Origin: Eukaryota sp. TZLM1-RC
Taxonomy: Eukaryota > Protista > Metamonada: BaSk clade
Direction of reading: 5' to 3'
DNA: 64,000 nt
NCBI GenBank assembly: GCA_040285825.1
Contig: JAUPSS010000007.1
Location: forward strand, 2,206,689-2,270,688
This document shows, in pieces, positions 59,971-64,000 of the stretch; the first letter of the stretch is position 1, and every line of letters begins with the position of its first letter. The notes under the pieces were generated by a model. The model did no database searches. It saw nothing but the letters and a program-made list of their open reading frames with translations, and was not told the origin of the DNA. Made by a program: the position numbers and the translations under genes.

Positions 59971-60641
59971 TTCTTCAAATGATTATTTGATATTTACACC
60001 GTTCTTAAATGCACACATTCAACTTCTTTAAAAATGAATTTTGGTTACAATAGTTACAAAAATCTTTCTATTGGCTTATTTTTTCAAATGTTAATATATC
60101 TGTGGGATTTCATTTTTCCATCACCGCAAAGGTTGAAACAACTTAGCCAGTTCTTCATAGTCGAAAACATTTAAGTACTTGTACAACATCCTTTGCTTTT
60201 TCCAAAATAGAAGTGATAGTAAACAACAGTAAATTGCATAATAAGGTCATTATTAGGGCTTAATTAGGTCATTTGACATTACAAGTTCTACTAACATTTA
60301 TAAACAATTAAAATTAATTTATCAATTAATTAATCAATTACTTGATTAAGCAAAAGTAACAACACTTCACTAGTGCAGTTTTTCATCAACTTGTAAGACT
60401 AACATTTTATTTTCAATTAAATGATTAATTAAATTCAAAAAACTCTACATTTGGGACATTTACAAACTCATTTATTATACAATTCATAAAAAAATTGAAA
60501 ATTAAATCAAATTAAAAAGTTAAATTAAAGTACATAGGCATGTTTGTCACACTGCTTAAACTCATTAAGCAAAGTTCTTTGACTCAAGTCAACTTCTTCC
60601 AAAATAATATTTCAAAAAACTTGATTCAAACTTCTAAAACA

Positions 60642-61244
60642 TTAATCACCAAAATATCGTTTCCATTTACTCATAATGTTTTTCCGAACTTCAAGAGCAG
60701 TTTCAAATGTCAATGCCATTTCACGAGACCCAAGGTGGGAGGAAACCTCACGTGATAAAAGATCAAAATTGATAACTGATGGATCAAAAGAAGGACAATG
60801 ATCTTGCTCTGGTTCCATCTGAGGATATTTGCAACTACTAGACCTACTACAGCTTTGATGTGATTGGGCCATTTGAGCAGGTGGTGGTGGGCGTTTAGGT
60901 AAAGTTTTAGATCCACTGGAAGCAGGTCTATGAGGTGAAGTATCAACCGGCTGACTCTTGGAAAATAGCGAGGGATACCGAGCTTCACTTACTGCAAGTG
61001 CCCTTTTGCTTGCAGCAATAGATTCTGATACTTTGTTAGAAATGGACGCCATTCGGGCAGCTACGGAATCTGAGAGTACAGAAGCAGATGTGGCAGGTTT
61101 CGGAGCTTGTCGACAGGGCAAAGGTTTATGGAAAGACTGTGTTTGTAGTGACTGAATAGGTAAGCCACTAGAATCATTTAATTTAGCATCTATGGATTGT
61201 AACTCAGAATCAAACTCTGAGAAGATGTCATCCAGATGGCTCAT
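60642..61244 (-). CDS. Hypothetical protein, 200 aa
   Basis: Clean ATG ORF, Ser/Pro-rich centre, helical ends. Confidence 0.6.
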   Translation of the reverse strand: MSHLDDIFSEFDSELQSIDAKLNDSSGLPIQSLQTQSFHKPLPCRQAPKPATSASVLSDSVAARMASISNKVSESIAASKRALAVSEARYPSLFSKSQPVDTSPHRPASSGSKTLPKRPPPPAQMAQSHQSCSRSSSCKYPQMEPEQDHCPSFDPSVINFDLLSREVSSHLGSREMALTFETALEVRKNIMSKWKRYFGD

Positions 61245-61336
61245 TGTTATTGTCTATAACAATGAAATAGGTGTCCTTTTTACACTGATGTAGAGGGTTT
61301 GTGAAGTGGCAATTTTCTCCTTGATACCTTTTACCT

Positions 61337-63480
61337 TTAACCTTCATCAATTTTGACTCTTTGTAGGTATACCAGCCTATCTCCGCTGATTGCATGTGCT
61401 GTTCATCACTGCCAACATTTTCAGCGAAGCATTTCGATCTCTATTCCACAAACTTTCGCATGATTTACACATGGTAAGCCTGTGACGAATAGACATCTCA
61501 TGCATCTTTCATGGCCTAGGATTTCTGCCCCAGCGCAATGTTTTAACTGTTTTCTCCGCTTTCTTTCAGTTAAAACAACATCAACTGCTTCGAAACTCAT
61601 CAATTAAAAAGACCTTATAACCAGCCTTTTTAAATAAAATTCTCAAACCTTTTCCTTTGGTAGGTTCTTTGAATTTCATGTGTTGTCGTTGTTCCCAGTC
61701 TCTGATTCCGATAACTACTTGACTGGGATCAATCAGTTACTGATTTGAATCTCTGAATCATTTTTGCCTCGGATCTTGTGCGATTAATCTCAGCCCACCA
61801 TCTTAGATTCCTAAATATTATTTGATGATAGACTTCACCAACAATACTATTCACAAAATTCTTTTGTTTAATATATGCCATAAATCTATCAAACCTGCAG
61901 CTTTTGGATTTGGATTGGGATAAAGTCGCTTCCCATTCTACTACAGATTTAGTTTTTTTGATCATTATTTCTCAAATTTAATGAGTAATCAATTTCGTGG
62001 GCAATATTGATTTCTTGAGGTACTTCACCTCTTAATAAACTAATTGTTCTTTCAGTCATTTGATTAATTATACTTCTGTTTAAATCCATCTTTTGTTGCT
62101 CTTCAGATGGTTCATAATTGGATAGATCAATCACTTTACCAGTAGAGTAACTTATTGTGATAAGAGAGTCATTCCATATGGTGTCTCTTATTCTTTTGAA
62201 TTTGGAACTTTTTGACTCAAATCTTCGTTGATTTTGAGTGTACCTGAAATGACATATTTATCTCTCTCAGGTTTTTTTGAATGAGTCATTCCAGTAGCTA
62301 AATTGGCAGAAAAATAGAGTAGATCAGATATCCCGGATCAACAGCAGCTATGGTCATATCTTGAAATTCAGAAGGATTGATGCTGGGGTCATCAATATAT
62401 TTTTCCTTATCTTTCAATTCTTTTGCAGTTACTTTGTACTTTTTCAAGTCAATTCTAGATTGAATGAATGATACTACTACTCTATCAGTCTCGATACTAG
62501 ACATGATGTATTTTGAACACTCTGAATAAAGTTTCATGTTCTTAATATCGTCCATTTTCAAAATGGTGTTCCATAGAACCAAATGAACAGCTTGATTATT
62601 ACATTGGTAAGGCGACTTTTGACCAAAAATCTCCTTGAATTCGGCAAAGAACAAACCCAATAAACTTGTCTAGTCAATTCTGATATATGCGGAAATACAA
62701 ATTTCTTCACAGGCAGAGCATAAAAGAGTTTGATCTCCCAATCTTCTAAGACATTATTAATATAAAACATTGGTCTCAAATACATATCTGATTTTAACGA
62801 AAAATCAGATTTTGAATATTTCCCTTTCAGTAGTTGGAAGAAAATAAAAGATACGGTCATTAATCAAAAGCGAACTAATCGGCGTGACTGTCTTCTCATT
62901 GCAGAAGTTCCACCACCAATATCTCTACATTCCTGTAGAATAAAGAGATTTAACGTTACTATTAAACAACGAAAAGTTTTTCTTATCCTGTTTTTTCAGG
63001 ACATTGTTGTTTCTCTTAACATCATAGAAAACATCAACAAACTGATCCAAATACTCAAAGTAATGCGCTTGGATGTTAGTTTTGAAATTCACCATCAGTT
63101 TGTCAATTGTGTTATACAAAATATTACTTATTTTTTTATAAAACTATTGGAACAAGTTTTTCTTTGAAATGTGGGTAATAGAATTCCAACAATGGCGCAC
63201 AACGAGAATTTTGTAATGCTGTTTTTGTCTCTGCGTTAAGGGAACTTTCCTCCTCACTTTGAGATGTCACAACAAGAAAAGTCAACAACAATATATCGGC
63301 GCTTCCATTTTTGGTAAAGTATCTTTAAAGTTTAAGTCAAAAAGGTGCAAATTATAACCACAGATGAATTCTAAACCAACAATAGAAATTTCCTGACACC
63401 TAATTACTGCTTCATCGATCACGTCAATCATTTTCGGATCTCTGATGACATTTTTAGGTTGTCCTTATAACCGTTATAAG
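61337..63480 (-). pseudogene. Fanzor1 (eukaryotic TnpB homologue), near full length but fragmented
   Basis: NVIRDP..IDEAVIRC N-terminus, NFKTNIQAHY, IETDRVVVS, RuvC-I AVDPG, RYTQNQRR, DWEQRQHMKFKEPTKGKG, RuvC-II IDEFRSS, CKSC..LWNRDRNAS RuvC-III, DRLVYLQR tail. Confidence 0.9.
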
Positions 63481-64000
63481 GTTTATGTTTAACAGAGTTT
63501 ATAAATTGGTCACTGTTGAAGAAATGAAATAATTTCATGGTCTGCATCTCTCAGACAATAAATTGCAACTGCATTTCTTCTTTTAGGTAAGGGGAAATCT
63601 GAAAAAAGATCATCTTCATGAACCTTCCAATATTTTGCAGTATACTGACGATTACGGTCAATTTTACTTTCCCCTAATAAAATCTATGAAACTATTTTTA
63701 ATTTGCGTGGTTGATAATAATTTGTGTAAATACTACAAATATCATCAACAAATCGACCAACAATCAAAGGGTTCAAGTGTTTGTGATTCAATTCTATTAG
63801 ATTTGAATTATAGCATTGAATCCTTTTACTAGCATCGATTTCACCTTTCAAAAAGCCCTTATTTTGAGAACGTTTCACGTTATGTGGAATGTCAAATTTG
63901 ACACTACTAAAACCACATATTATATGAGGATTTTCAAAAATTTTAAAAAATTTTTAAAAAATTCATGATGGACTACTGGGACAAATTGACCCTTCTCTAC

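Noticed and set aside
63640-63900. Penelope-like motifs (GFLKGE and RFVDDI) upstream of the Fanzor
   Set aside because: The motifs are short, in the reverse of the expected order and in degenerate sequence; not supportable without an HMM search.

Overview
AT-rich eukaryotic DNA using the standard genetic code. It is probably from an anaerobic protist of metamonad type (inference from the archaeal-type ProRS, very short introns and an MDH-derived dehydrogenase). The first ~42 kb is dominated by decayed mobile DNA: three families of chromodomain-bearing Ty3/gypsy LTR retrotransposons, CRE-like non-LTR retroelements, hAT and pogo-like transposase remnants, an hAT MITE with an 8-bp TSD and a Fanzor/TnpB fragment. 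It also holds a recent ~10.6-kb quasi-palindrome that duplicates ProRS, plus nicastrin, tRNA-Gln(TTG) and an intron-containing phage-type lysozyme. 42-61 kb is a compact housekeeping cluster (CTU2-like, Vps34-like PI3K, NFACT-R, SR-like RRM, HDAC1/RPD3, NOP56, MDH-like, F-box/LRR). The window ends with a near full-length Fanzor1 pseudogene. The two strongest novel signals: (1) two 32-nt GT-AT (non-AG) introns flanking a 4-nt micro-exon in HDAC1, within an intron system of fixed length and fixed branch-point-to-3' splice site spacing; (2) a covarying palindromic hairpin that replaces the tRNA primer-binding site in all three LTR retrotransposon families, suggesting tRNA-independent priming. All alignments and translations were done by eye; no database searches were run.
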